Shown piece by piece: positions 1 through 12,436 of a stretch of 64,000 bases of DNA. The stretch lies in contig NC_043015.1 in NCBI RefSeq assembly GCF_006345805.1, positions 17,112,001 through 17,176,000 of the forward strand, in the 5' to 3' direction. The DNA is from Octopus sinensis (taxonomy: Eukaryota). The notes beneath the pieces are model-generated. The model saw nothing but the letters and a program-made list of their open reading frames with translations. It made no database searches and was not told the origin of the DNA. A program made the translations under genes and the position numbers. Numbering within the stretch: the first letter of the stretch is position 1; each line of letters starts with the position of its first letter.

Positions 1-448
1 ATATACACATATATATATATATACATATATATATACACATATATATATATATATATCATATATATATACACATATATATATATACATATTATATACACAT
101 ATATATATATTACATATATATATACACATATATATATAATACATATATATATATACATATATATCTATATATACATATATATATATATATTAATATATAT
201 ATATACATATATATATACATATATTATTACATCATCATCATCATCATCGTCGTTTAACGTCCGTTCTCCATGCTAGCATGGGTTGGACTATACATATATA
301 TATATATACATATATACATATATATATATATACACATATATATTTATAACATATATACATACATCTATATATACATATACATATATATTATATATATATA
401 TACATATATATATATATACATATACATATACATATATATATATTATAC

Positions 449-479
<31 letters not shown>

Positions 480-560
480 CATATAATATATAATATATAT
501 ATATATTACATATAGAATACATACATATATATACATATATATATACATATATATATATAC

Positions 561-591
<31 letters not shown>

Positions 592-1200
592 CATATTATA
601 TAATATATTATATACATATATATACATAATATATACATATAGATATATATACATATATATATACATATATATACATATATATATATATACATATAATATA
701 TTACATATATATATATATATATACATATAATCATACATATATATATACTATATATATACATATATATATATAGATATATATATATATATATACATATATA
801 TTATATACATATATATATACATATATATATACATATATATATACAGATATATATATACATATATATATATACATATATATATTATACATATATATATACT
901 ATATATATACATATACATATATAATACATATAACATATATACATATATATATATATCATATATATATATACATATATATAATATATATATACAACACACA
1001 TATATATATATACATATGTGTACATATTACATGTACATCTATATATATATATATGTGTGTGTGTGTGTATATATATATATGTGTACATATTACATGTACA
1101 TCTATATATATATACACATCTATATATATATGTGAATATATATTTATATATATGTATGTGAATATTATACACACACATATATATATATATACATATATAT
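1..1200. repeat. Compound (TA)n/(TATAC)n/(CA)n microsatellite field
   Basis: Almost pure TA/TAC/CA repeats; the Y/I/T-rich ORFs here are translation artefacts. Confidence 0.95.
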
Positions 1201-1443
1201 ATTTGTTGTGCAAGATTTTTTATGTGAAGTCGTGTATTGAAACAGATATTGTTATATTTCGGAATGGTTATTTTGCCAGTTTAGCCAATAAAAACACATG
1301 CACTATATATTTGGTATTATTTTGCTTCAGTGTTATTTATTTTTTATTTTTTACATTAATCTTAATCTTATTTTGGCCAGAGTTCTTTCATCACACTCCT
1401 ATGACCGCATCAGTGGTCCTTTTCTTTCTTCTTTCTTATTTGT

Positions 1444-1817
1444 ATGGATAAGTACTGTACTGTATGTAGATTTACCCCACAAACTAAAACCAGAAATGTA
1501 GTCTATAGTATAAGATGTATAGAGGGACGATGCAGTAACAAGATAACGACATATCTAGGGGAAACGGCAAGAAGCATAGGAGAGCGGGTAAATGAACATT
1601 GGAGAGAACTTAAGGAAGGTAAAAGTCATTGATTTTGTACCAATACGCCAAGCAAGAACACGGGGGAAAAATCAACAACATAGAAATTAAAATATTGTCC
1701 ACACATAGAACAGACGCAACAATCAGACAAATTAAAGAAGCTACACACATAATAGAAGATAAACCTAGCCTGAAGAGGAAACAGGAATGGAACACTAGCA
1801 CACACCACAACATATGA
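1444..1817 (+). mobile_element. Penelope-like element GIY-YIG endonuclease remnant (frameshifted near 1630)
   Basis: ORF 1444-1632 has NVVYSIRC...TYLGETARSIGERVNEH. ORF 1629-1817 continues LYQYAKQEH...KIL...RQIKEATHI..DKPSL, matching the PLE GIY-YIG C-terminus. Confidence 0.8.
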
Positions 1818-2333
1818 CGGTAGAGGATCCCCATAAGCTGGTTACAATATAAACAAAACCGAAAAAATAATAAATAAAATACAGATAAATAAACAAATAG
1901 AAATAAATAACTATATAAGTTTTTTTTTGTTGTTTAATTTAAAAGATTTTTTTATTTATTATTATTATTACTAGTATTGTTGTTATACATACATACATAC
2001 AAGCTGTTTTTGTCCTGTTATTACTATTCTTGTTTTTTATTTTTATTTTTTATTTCTTGTATTTATATTCGTGTGGCATCGTCCGGTTTTCTGTCCTTGT
2101 TTCGTATACATTCGATCCTTTTTCCAAGAAATCTAATGCTCGTAGCTTAGTTTTTCCTTGGGGCTGGCCGGATCGGAGCGATATCAGGATTAATCAGCCG
2201 AAATTACTAAGATGATCCGGTTCTCGACTGAAGATTAGAGGCTTCGAATGACCCGTCTGTTTTTTTGTGTTGTCTCTTTGTGTGGTTTGCGTTCTTGTCC
2301 CCTTTTGTAATTTTTATATATAATTTTATACTA

Positions 2334-2360
<27 letters not shown>

Positions 2361-2371
<11 letters not shown>

Positions 2372-2746
2372 GAGGGCATTATTATACATACATGCCACAC
2401 GCTAAGAGGGACATTAGTCATTTCTACCAAAAAATTTTACTAATCATACCCAATGCAATTTTTCAAAGCAAGACATTTAAAAAATGAATTTAGTCTTGTA
2501 TCACCTGTGATTTCGTACTTACCGCAGTTGCGACCGTACTCATCAGCAAGACTGATTCTGAACATATCATAAATAAACGACCTGTACCGCCAAAGCCGAA
2601 CAGCCATACAAGACTAAATTCATTTTTTAAATGTCTTGCTTTGAAAAATTGCATTGGGTATGATTAGTAAAATTTTTTGGTAGAAATGACTAATGTCCCT
2701 CTTAGCGTGTGGCATGTATGTATAATAATGCCCTCTATATATAAAT
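2361..2746. repeat. Perfect 141-bp inverted repeat (2361-2501 / 2606-2746) with 104-nt spacer
   Basis: Arms compared by eye, including homopolymer run lengths; no mismatch found. Confidence 0.93.
2492..2553 (-). ncRNA. Type I hammerhead ribozyme (Penelope pLTR type)
   Basis: Minus strand reads AGTCTTG-CTGATGA-GTAC-(17 nt)-GTAC-GAAA-TCA-CAGG-TGA-T-A-CAAGACT. This gives a 7-bp stem I, intact core, stem II, a 4-bp stem III and an AUA cleavage triplet. Confidence 0.85.
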
Positions 2747-2953
2747 TAATATGTTCAATAAGAAAGAATTATTTTCGAAATTTTTCTCTTATGAGGTTTT
2801 TCACGCTATCTACCTGATAATTTCTTGTTAAGATTCCTTATTAAGAAGTTATCCTTAATTGTTAAATAATTATATATATATATATATACACATACATATA
2901 TATATACACATACATACATATATATATACACATACATACATATATATCATCAT

Positions 2954-5091
2954 CATCGTTTAACGTCCGCTTTCCATGCTAGCATGGGTTATAATATTCA
3001 CATATATACATATATATAAATATATATTCACATATATATATAGATGTGTATATATATATAGATGTACATGTAATATGTACACATATATATATATACACAC
3101 ACACACACACATATATATATATAGATGTACATGTAATATGTACACACACACATATATATATATATATACACACATATATACATGCATACATATATACACC
3201 CATACACACATAGGTGCAGGTGTGGCTGTGTGGTAACAAACTTGGTTCCAAAACACATGGTCCTGAGTTCAGTCCCACTGTGTGGTAACGTGGATGTGTC
3301 TTCTGCTATAGCCTCAGACCAACCAAAGCCTTGTCAGTGGATCTTGTACATAAAAACTGAAAGTAATCAATTGTATATATATGTATGTATATATGTAAGT
3401 CTATGTATATCTTTGTGTCTCTCCCTCATCACTGCTTCACACTGGTGTTTGTTATTTATATCCCCATAACTTACTGTTTCACAAGAAGAAATTGATAGAA
3501 TAAGTACCAGGCTATCAAAATAAAAAAAAAACCACTACAGTGTCTATAGTCACTCAGTATAATATCAATTATCTTTGTGTGTGTGTGTTATACATATATA
3601 TATATATCTCTATATATAAAATCTCTATATTATAAAACTGAAATGCGTTTAACGTCATCGTTTAACGTCCGCTTTCCATGCTAGCATGGGTTATAATATT
3701 CACATATATACATATATATAATATATATTCAATATATATATAAATGTGTATATATATATAGATGTACATGTAATATGTAACATTATATATTATACACACA
3801 CACACACACATATATATATATAGATGTACATGTAATATGTACACACACACATCATATATTATATATATACACACATATATACATGCATACATATATACAC
3901 CCATACACACATAGTGCAGGTGTGGCTGCGGTGGTAACAAACTTGGTTCCAAAACACATGGTCCTGAGTTCAGTCCCACTGTGTGGTAACGTGGCATGTG
4001 TCTTCTGCTATAGCCTCAGACCAACCAAAGCCTTGTCAGTGGATCTTGTACATAAAAACTGAAAGTAATCAATTGTATATATATGTATGTATATATGTAA
4101 GTCTATGTGTATCTTTGTGTCTCTCCCTCATCACTGCTTCACAACTGGTGTTTGTTTATTTATATCCCCATAACTTACTGGTTCACAAGAAGAAATTGAT
4201 AGAATAAGTACCAGGCTTATCAAAATAAAAAAAAAACCACTAGGCAGTGTCTCATATTTTTGTTTGTCCACTCAGTATAATATCAATTTATCTTTGTGGT
4301 GTGTGTGTATACATTATATATATATATCTCTATATATAAAATCTCTATATATAAAACTGAATGCGTTTAACGTCATCGTTAACGTCCGCTTTCCATGCTA
4401 GCATGGTATAATATTCACATATATACATATATATAAATATATATTCACATATATATATAAATGTGTATATATATATAGATGTACATGTAATATGTACACA
4501 TATATATATATACACACACACACACACATATATATATATAGATGTACATGTAATATGTACACACACACATATATATATATATATATACACACATATATAC
4601 ATGCATACATATATACACCCATACACACATAGGTGCAGGTGTGGCTGTGTGGTAACAAACTTGGTTCCAAAACACATGGTCCTGAGTTCAGTCCCACTGT
4701 GTGGTAACGTGGCATGTGTCTTCTGCTATAGCCTCAGACCAACCAAAGCCTTGTCAGTGGATCTTGTACATAAAAACTGAAAGTAATCAATTGTATATAT
4801 ATGTATGTATATATGTAAGTCTATGTGTATATCTTTGTGTCTCTCCCTCATCACTGCTTCACAACTGGTGTTTGTTTATTTATATCCCCATAACTTACTG
4901 GTTTCACAAGAAGAAATTGATAGAATAAGTACCAGGCTTATCAAAATAAAAAAAAAAACCACTAGGCAGTGTCTCATATTTTTGTTTGTCCACTCAGTAT
5001 AATATCAATTTATCTTTGTGTGTGTGTGTATACATATATATATATATATCTCTATATATAAAATCTCTATATATAAAACTGAAATGCGTTT
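2954..5091. repeat. Three tandem copies of a ~700-720 bp unit (RTE-tail stub, microsatellite, degenerate CORE-type SINE, Helitron 5' tip)
   Basis: Unit starts CATCGTTTAACGTCCG at 2954, 3656 and 4374; the internal SINE text is near-identical in all three copies. Confidence 0.9.
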
Positions 5092-5870
5092 TTACCGCTT
5101 GGTTCGCTTTCAATGCCACTACATCCCGTCCGATTCGCTCCAAAATTTACAGGGACATGTAGAATGAGGTGACGATGCGCGTGGGCTACCTTAGAAATCC
5201 CTATCTTAAAAGGTGTGGTTGCTAGGGGCCATCTTCCTACCTCACCCTATTTCCTCCAGTACTCTGTCACTCCTCTTCATTTGACAATGCAACTACCGTT
5301 ATTTAATGTAAAGTCTTCCTCAAATCACTCTGTAGCTATTTACTCTCTTCCAAGAACATTTTCACTCACTCTATCTCTTACCTTCCTATACATTTTACTC
5401 ATGTATCTCTCAGCGTTGATGGACAGTAACAAATATTACTCATCGCCATCGCATTCTATTGTCTACCTGTCAACACACACACACACACACACATATATCT
5501 AATATTATATTTTTATTTTTATGTTTTTGCTTTTGGTTTTTTACTGTTTCATTTCCCTATTAGTGGTTTTATCTCTAATTTAATTTCTACAGCGTGCACA
5601 CACACACACACACACACACACCTATATGTAGCCCCAGTACACCCGAATGAAATCGGGTTCTCTTCATCAAAATGTGAAAAGGGGTCTACAATTATCATCG
5701 CCACAACTTATGTATGTCTTCCTCACTCACTCACTCTTTTTCCTAATGATAATTATCATCGCCACCACCAACACCACCAACACACAATCTGGACAATCTT
5801 TCTCTTATAACAAATCATGTTTACATTGCAACGACGTCTGCCACCTCCGCCGTCTCTATTTATTCTGCAA

Positions 5871-6066
5871 ATGACCAGAACTCGGGAAACTTAGTTTAGT
5901 GTTCTATGGTCTATGACCAGAACTCGGGAAACTTGGTCGAGTGTTCTATGGTCTATGACCAGAACTCGGGAAACTTGCTTGACTGTTCTATGGTCTATGA
6001 CCAGAAATCGGGAAACTTGGTTGAGTGTTCTATGGTCTATGACCAGAACTTGGGAAACTTGGTTGT
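5871..6066 (+). repeat. 42-bp minisatellite, ~4.7 copies
   Basis: ATGACCAGAA(C/A)T(C/T)GGGAAACTT recurs at 5871, 5913, 5955, 5997 and 6039. Confidence 0.93.
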
Positions 6067-6767
6067 GTCCTCATCTTATAAAATGTGGCCCCAGTAGACC
6101 CGAATGAAATCGGGTTATATTAACCAAAAGGTGAAAAGGGGTATAAATGGGGCTGGAAGGGGATTAAAATTTCAAGGAGCGGGTGTTTAGCAATTCTCTG
6201 TTACATGAAGCTAAAAAATTTGCTCCAGCCTTTTAATCGTCAATGTGTTGCCGTCCATGATGAAGAAGTTTTGAATGCTTGCCATCGTGAGTCTACTGTC
6301 GTGAGAAAGAATCAAGTCAAAACTTGGTTTTTAGGGATTTTCTTTAACATCAAGTTCAAACTTTTACGCCAGCCGTTGAACTGTCAATACGTTGCTGTCC
6401 GTCGTTAAGAAATGCCAGCCATGGTGACTCTACTATCCTCAAATTCTATCCCTTCAAACTTTGGTTTCCAATATTTTATTATTTTTATTCAGCTCGCAAG
6501 TTCGTCTGTCCCTTTTAAATGTTAGTGTTTTGCTGTCTGTCTTGAAGCAGACCTTTCCTTTGTAACTGCCTGATATTTATGATTGATCTTTCTAAATATT
6601 TTATTTCTCAACTTACTCAAGATCTTTTGTTGTTTATAAATGGGAGAGAGATACATAAAGATAGAGAGTAAGAGAAAGCGAGAGAGAGTCCGAGAGAAAG
6701 GAAGAGTAAGAGAGTGGGAAAGTGAGAGAGAAAGGAGAAAGAAACAAAGAGGGAGAATCATCATCAT

Positions 6768-7070
6768 CATCATCATCGTTTAACGTCCGTTTTCCGTGCT
6801 AGCATGGGTTGGACAGTTTGACAGGGGTCTGGGAAGCCAGGAGGCTGCACCAGGCTCCAGTCTGATCTGGCAGTGTTTCGACAGGTGGATGCCCTTCCTA
6901 ACGCCAACCACTCTGTGAGCGTAGTGGGTGCTTTTTTCGTGCCGCCTGCACAGGTGCCAGGGGGGCTGGCAGCGGCCACGATCGGTTGGTGCTTTTTATG
7001 TGCCACCAGCACAGAAGCCAGTCAAGGCGGCGCTGCAATCCGCCACGTTCGGATGGTGCTTTTTACGTGC
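6768..7070 (-). mobile_element. 5'-truncated RTE LINE 3' UTR copy with (GAT)n tail, nested in the Helitron
   Basis: (CAT)n-CGTTTAACGTCCG...GCTAGCATGGGTTGGAC; the same sequence follows the RTE ORF end at 28404-29062. Confidence 0.75.
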
Positions 7071-7138
7071 TGAAAGGAAGCAACAGAAAGTAACAACCAC
7101 ACTCTTACCCGCGCGTAGAGCGGGTCACCTTCAGCTAG

Positions 7139-8153
7139 TATATATATAAAACTGAAATGCGTTTTTACCGCTTGGATCACTTTCAATGCCACTACACCCC
7201 GTCCGATTCGCTCCAAAATTTACAGGGACATGTAGAATGAGGTGACGATGCTCGTGGGCTACCTTAGAAATCCCTATCTTAAAAGGTGTGGTTGCTAGGG
7301 GCCATCTTCCTCACTCACGCTATTTCCTCCTTTCCCTCTCTTACTCCCCTTCATTGATAACTTTGAGAAGTCCACTCCCGTTATTTAATGTATTCCCCTC
7401 AACTCCCTTTCACTTTCCCTTTATAAGTTCGTCAGACGGCTTTCTTTGATGTATCTGCCTGCATTCATAGGGAGAATTATCATCGCTACCAACAACACAC
7501 AATCATGAGAACAAATATTATGAATCAGATATTCATTGCGTTCATTTATATGTGTGTGTGTGTGTGTGTGTTCGATATATAAATATGTATATATAATGTA
7601 TATATACAAAGTGTATATATCTGTATTTATGTATATTAAACTTTTTAATACTTTTTGATAGTTATATATATTTTTAAACAAATTATAAATATTTTAAATT
7701 TTTATTTTAAATTTAAATGATTTAAATTTTTCAATTTTATCAAATATTATGAATCAGATATTCTTGCGTTCATTATATGTGTGTGTGTGTGTGTGTGTGT
7801 TCTATATATAAATATGTATATATAGTGTGTGTGTGTGTGTGTGTTCTATATATAAATATGTATATATAATGTATATATACAAAGTGTATATATCTGTATT
7901 TATGTATATTATACTTTTTCATAGTTATATATATTTTTAAACAAATTATAAATATAATTTAATAATTTTTATTTTCAATTTAAATAATTTAAATTTTTCA
8001 ATTTTATATTTTCTATATTTTCTATATTATATTTTTTTTAATGTTTTTGTTTTTGGTTTTTCACTGTTTGATTTGCCTATTAGTGGTTTTATCTCTAATT
8101 TAATTTATACAGATATATATCTCATTTGTATACATTTGTATATATAATGCGTG

Positions 8154-8187
<34 letters not shown>

Positions 8188-8462
8188 ATGTGTGCATTAC
8201 GTAGTTGGTCGATTCAGCTGAAAATATGCACACCTATGTTAAACGTGCTGGCAAGTTTGCATGACAACTATTCTTTTTCCTCAAATGAAAGGTGTCACCT
8301 CTAGGACAAAATTACTCATCTTATAAAATGTGGCCCCAGTAGACCCGAATGAAATCGGGTTATATTAACCAAAATGTGAAAAGGGGTCTAAATGGGGCTG
8401 GAAGGGGATTAAAATTTCAAGGAGCGGGTGTTTAGGAATTCTCTGTTACATCAAGCTAAAAT
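7139..8462 (+). mobile_element. Helitron copy 2, head-to-tail with copy 1, 3'-truncated
   Basis: Begins TATATATATAAAACTGAAATGCG directly after the CTAG of copy 1. Shares blocks with copy 1 (7140-7320 with 5066-5250; 8040-8110 with 5520-5590; 8315-8460 with 6070-6215). Confidence 0.75.
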
Positions 8463-8469
8463 TTTAAGT

Positions 8470-9950
8470 AATGGTACATTTCATGGAAAAACCTTAAAAG
8501 CCAAAGTTTTTGTGCTGAATGATACAACAAATTTATTTGGAACAGACTGAATGGAATTGATTAACTTTTCTGTAAAAATGTGAATGGTTTTTCCACCAGT
8601 ACAAATAAGACGTCAGACGAATTAAAAAAGATCTTTCCTGAAGTTCTATCTTATGAATTAGGTTTGTGCACCAAAACAAAAGCAAAGTTTCAAGTAAAAG
8701 AAAATACTATACTGGTATTTAAACCAAAATGAACGGTACCTTTCGCAGCATTAAAACAGATAAACTTAGACTAGAAAAAATTGGAGTTATACTCAACGGG
8801 CATCACTAATTGTGTACATTAAGAAAAAGAATAATAAAATCAGAGTGTATGCTGATTTTTCCACTGGTTTAAACGAATGTCTTAAAATGTTTCACTATTA
8901 GCTACCTACTCAGGACATGTTCACGAAATTAAATGGTGGCAATATATTTTCTAAATTGGATCTCTCTGACACGTACCTACAAATTAATGTAGACGATGAA
9001 TGATCTAAATACCTAACAATAAACACACATAAAGGACTGTATAAATACAATAGGTTACCATTGGTTTAAAAGTTGCATCAGTGATTTTTCAACAGATTAT
9101 GGATGCAATGTTAGTAGACTGTGAATTTGCATGTCCATATCTGGATGATATACTCATAAAAAGCAAATCCTGGAACCAACACATAGAGCATGTAAAATGT
9201 GTTTGAAAAAATTAGGGATTACAGCTTTGAGTGAAGAAAAGTGTGAATTTTTCTCACCAAAAATAAAATATTTAGGACAAATCATTGACAGAAACGGACA
9301 TCGACCAAATCCGTCAATTAAATATATGATCCCTCCAACAAATATAGTGACCATACAAGCCTTTTTGGGACTGGCAAATTATTACCAAAACTATATTCCA
9401 AATATGCGTAAGGTAAGAGTTCCACTAAATAGTCTGTTAAAAAAATATTAATATCTGATTTGTTGTTAGCACACTTCAATGCTGCAGTGGAAATTGTTGT
9501 AGCTTCAGATGCCTCTGAGTATGGTACTGGAGCTGTAATGCTACATAAATATAAAGATGGTAACATGAAGGCAGTGTTTCATGCCTCATGTTCTCTGATA
9601 TCAGCAGCAGAAAAAAATTACAGCTAAATCGAAAAAGAGGCTCTAGTGATTATTTTTGCTGTAGAAAAATTTCATAATTTTTAGATGGTAGAAGTTTTTG
9701 ACTACAGATTGATCATTGTCTGTCATCAATATATGGGTCAATGAAAGGAATCCCTACCCATACTGCTAATAGATTGCAACGCTGGAGTACTATATTATTA
9801 AACTATAATTATACAGTCTAAGCAATTAGGACATGCTGATTGTTTATCAAGACTGATTTCAAAAAATGCTGAAACATTTAAGATACTGTGATTGCTGCTG
9901 TGCGAGTGGAAAATGAAAGTAAAAATGTTTTGTGTAACATGAACTGTCAG
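8470..9950 (+). mobile_element. Ty3/Gypsy pol remnant (protease end, RT, RNase H), multiple stops and frameshifts
   Basis: Motifs NLFGTD, KIRVYADFSTGLN, FSKLDLS, YLDD (9138-9149), IKYLG, FLGLANYY, VASDASEYG, EKEAL, RLQRWS and HADCLSRL. No LTR seen. Confidence 0.9.
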
Positions 9951-10139
9951 TCGCATTACAATACATAAAACTAAAATCAGAAAGCAATAAATTCATCAAA
10001 ATAATGAAAGAAATGCTGGGCAAAGTTCAGAGAGCTATTTTTTGTTGGTAATGAAGGGCCTCTCCCACAGTTTGAAGAGCAGATTGTATGATGGATGGAT
10101 AATGTCAGTGTACATGTACAACAAAGATTAAATGTTTTA

Positions 10140-10936
10140 AGAGAAAAATTAGATATGAGGCATCAAATGTAGTGCGCAAGAGAGATGACTGTGCTGGTAT
10201 GGTCATATGATGTGTATGAGGACAGCTGCATAAAGAAGTGGCATCACTAACTGTGGAGGGATCCTGTGGAAGAGATACACCCAGAAAGACATGGAACAAA
10301 GTGGTGAGAAATGATCTTCAGCTGTTGAGCTTCACAGAGATGATGAGGGGCAGAAACAACGGGCAGTTTGCTATGCTTGAGAAGCTAAGTAAAATCGAAG
10401 CTCTCCCACCATCACTTGCTACAGTCAACTTGTCCTCATCTCTAAATATCTCTCCCTACATTCTGATGAAACATCTCCCTCTATTTTCTCTGTATCATAT
10501 ATATTTACCCTCACTGTACTTTGTGGTTATGTCCTGACACATCTCCAACACCATCTATTTCTCCTTCTCTCCTTCTGTCTGTCTCTCTTTCTATTTTCCC
10601 TCTTTCCTTTCCTACTGGGGTAGCCAAGTAGCTTCTCTATAGTTAGACATTATCTTTATCTTTCTATTATACATCTCAACCAGCACAAATCCACCTCCCT
10701 CTCACACCCAAGGGATTCTTGTCTTGCAAGTTACTCGACAACCCCACTGGTGCTGGTGCCATATAAAAAGCATCCACTACACTGTAAAGTGGTTGTTAGC
10801 ATTGAGAAGGGCATTCAGTTATAGAAGTTATGCCAAAGCAAACAACAGAGTCTGGTGCAGTTCTTTGGCTTACCAGCTCCAATCAAACTGCCCAACTTAT
10901 GTCAGCATAAAAAAACGGACATCAAATGATAATGAT
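10140..10936 (+). mobile_element. Degenerate RTE LINE 3' end (ORF end plus 3' UTR)
   Basis: LTVEGSCGRDTPRKTW..VVRNDL motif, with the tail ending ACGGACATCAAATGATAATGAT. Confidence 0.75.
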
Positions 10937-10943
10937 CGCTCAT

Positions 10944-12436
10944 TTCATTTAATATTCACTTTACATGCTGGCATGGGCTGGATGGTTTGACATGGTGCTG
11001 GCAAGCAGAAAGCGGTCCAGACTACAACTGCCTGTTGCGGCATGGTTTCTATGCCTGGATGCCCTTCCTAAAGCCAACCACTTGACAGAGTATGCTGGGT
11101 GCTTTTTATATACTACTGGCACAGGTGTGTTTATGCAGCACTAGTACAGGTGCATTAAAACAGCAGTGGCATGGATGCTTTTTAAGTGGCACCATTACCT
11201 GAAAGAACAAGCCTTTATGTGTGAAAGACAGCAATTTTACTTAGCTTAACACATCTTATCAATTACAGCAAATCACTACATCTCTCAGTCCCTTGTCATT
11301 TCTTCAATGAGGCCCATCATCTAAAGATCCTTTCCCACCACTTCATTCCATGTCTTCTTGGGTCTACCCCTTCAACAAGCACCCTCCACAATTAGAGCTT
11401 GGCACTTCTTTATGCAGCTGTCCTCATCCATATGCATCACTTGACCAAACCAGTGCAGTCTTCTCTCTTGCACACACATCTGATACCCCTTATACCCAGT
11501 TTTCCTCTTAAATCATTTACACTCTTGCATGCACTGGCATTACCCATCCAGCTGAGCGTGCTAGCTTCATTTCTTTCAAGCCTTTGCAAATCTTCTATAG
11601 TCAAAACCCATGTTTCACTGCCATGTAACATAGTTGTACATGCACAGGCATCATACAATCTGCCTTGCATTCTGAGGGAGAAACTCTTAGATATCAAGGT
11701 AGAAGCTCTCTGAACTTTCCCCAGCCCATTCTTATCCCAGCAACTACACTTTCAGAACTTCCTCCACTTCTGCTAATTTGGTCTCCTAGGTAACAGAAGT
11801 TATCTACTACTTTTAATGATCACCTCGAGCATTTGAGGGAGTCTATTATCTGCATATTTTTAGTGCTTATTGTACATGTACATTTGCCACACACAAAGGC
11901 TGTATTCTCTGTTAACCTTCCTATGATACTGATACACCTTTTATGTATGCAAAGCTTGCACAGAGTACAACATATGGAGTTTCTACCAACACCCTTCTTA
12001 CATATCAATCAATCAGAGCCATCTTCCAGAAAGGATCTGTGATTTGTCTGCTTTCCTACTTACCAGGACTTTGATTTTTGCTAAATTAACTCTAGAGCCT
12101 TTAGATTCCCGGCCTTGTTTCCACATTTGAAATTTCTGCTCTAGTGATTCAGCTCTAAGAACAAGGTCATCAGCATAGAGGAGCTCCCAGGGACAGCCAG
12201 TCTTGAATTCCTCTGTTAAAGCCGGGAGGACTAAGATAAAAAGAACAGGGCTGACAACTGAGCCTTGGTGAACTCCTACCTGTACACTGAATTCATTGCT
12301 ATATTCATTGCCAACCTTCACCTTACTGATAGCATCCCTGTACATGGCTAGTACCACTTTCACTAACCACTCATCTGTCTCCAGTTTCCACATTGACAAT
12401 GAGATAAGGAAGTAGGGGATCCTGTCAAAGGCTTTT
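10944..12436 (-). mobile_element. RTE-clade LINE, RT domain to 3' UTR, degenerate
   Basis: KAFD at ~12423-12434; ORF 12013-12399 has VGVHQGSVVSP and LLYADDLV; ORF 11437-11697 has MLHGSETW and LGIRGI. Confidence 0.9.

Larger units (their letters stand above)
5064..7138 (+). mobile_element. Non-autonomous Helitron, copy 1
   Basis: 5' end A|TCTCTATATATAAAACTG. 3' hairpin ACCCGC-GCGTAGA-GCGGGT (7107-7125), then 9 nt, then CTAG (7135-7138) followed by T. No RepHel ORF. Confidence 0.75.

Noticed and set aside
270-1213. Many Y/I/T/H-rich ORFs of 67-157 aa
   Set aside because: They are translations of (TA)n/(CA)n microsatellites; the same applies to the ORFs at 2960-4780.
5871-6066. CRISPR-like regular repeat
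   Set aside because: The units are contiguous with no unique spacers, there are no cas genes, and the context is eukaryotic.
10700-11180. Tail-to-tail RTE 3' UTRs as a designed hairpin
   Set aside because: Both copies are old and divergent members of a very abundant repeat, so adjacency is unremarkable.
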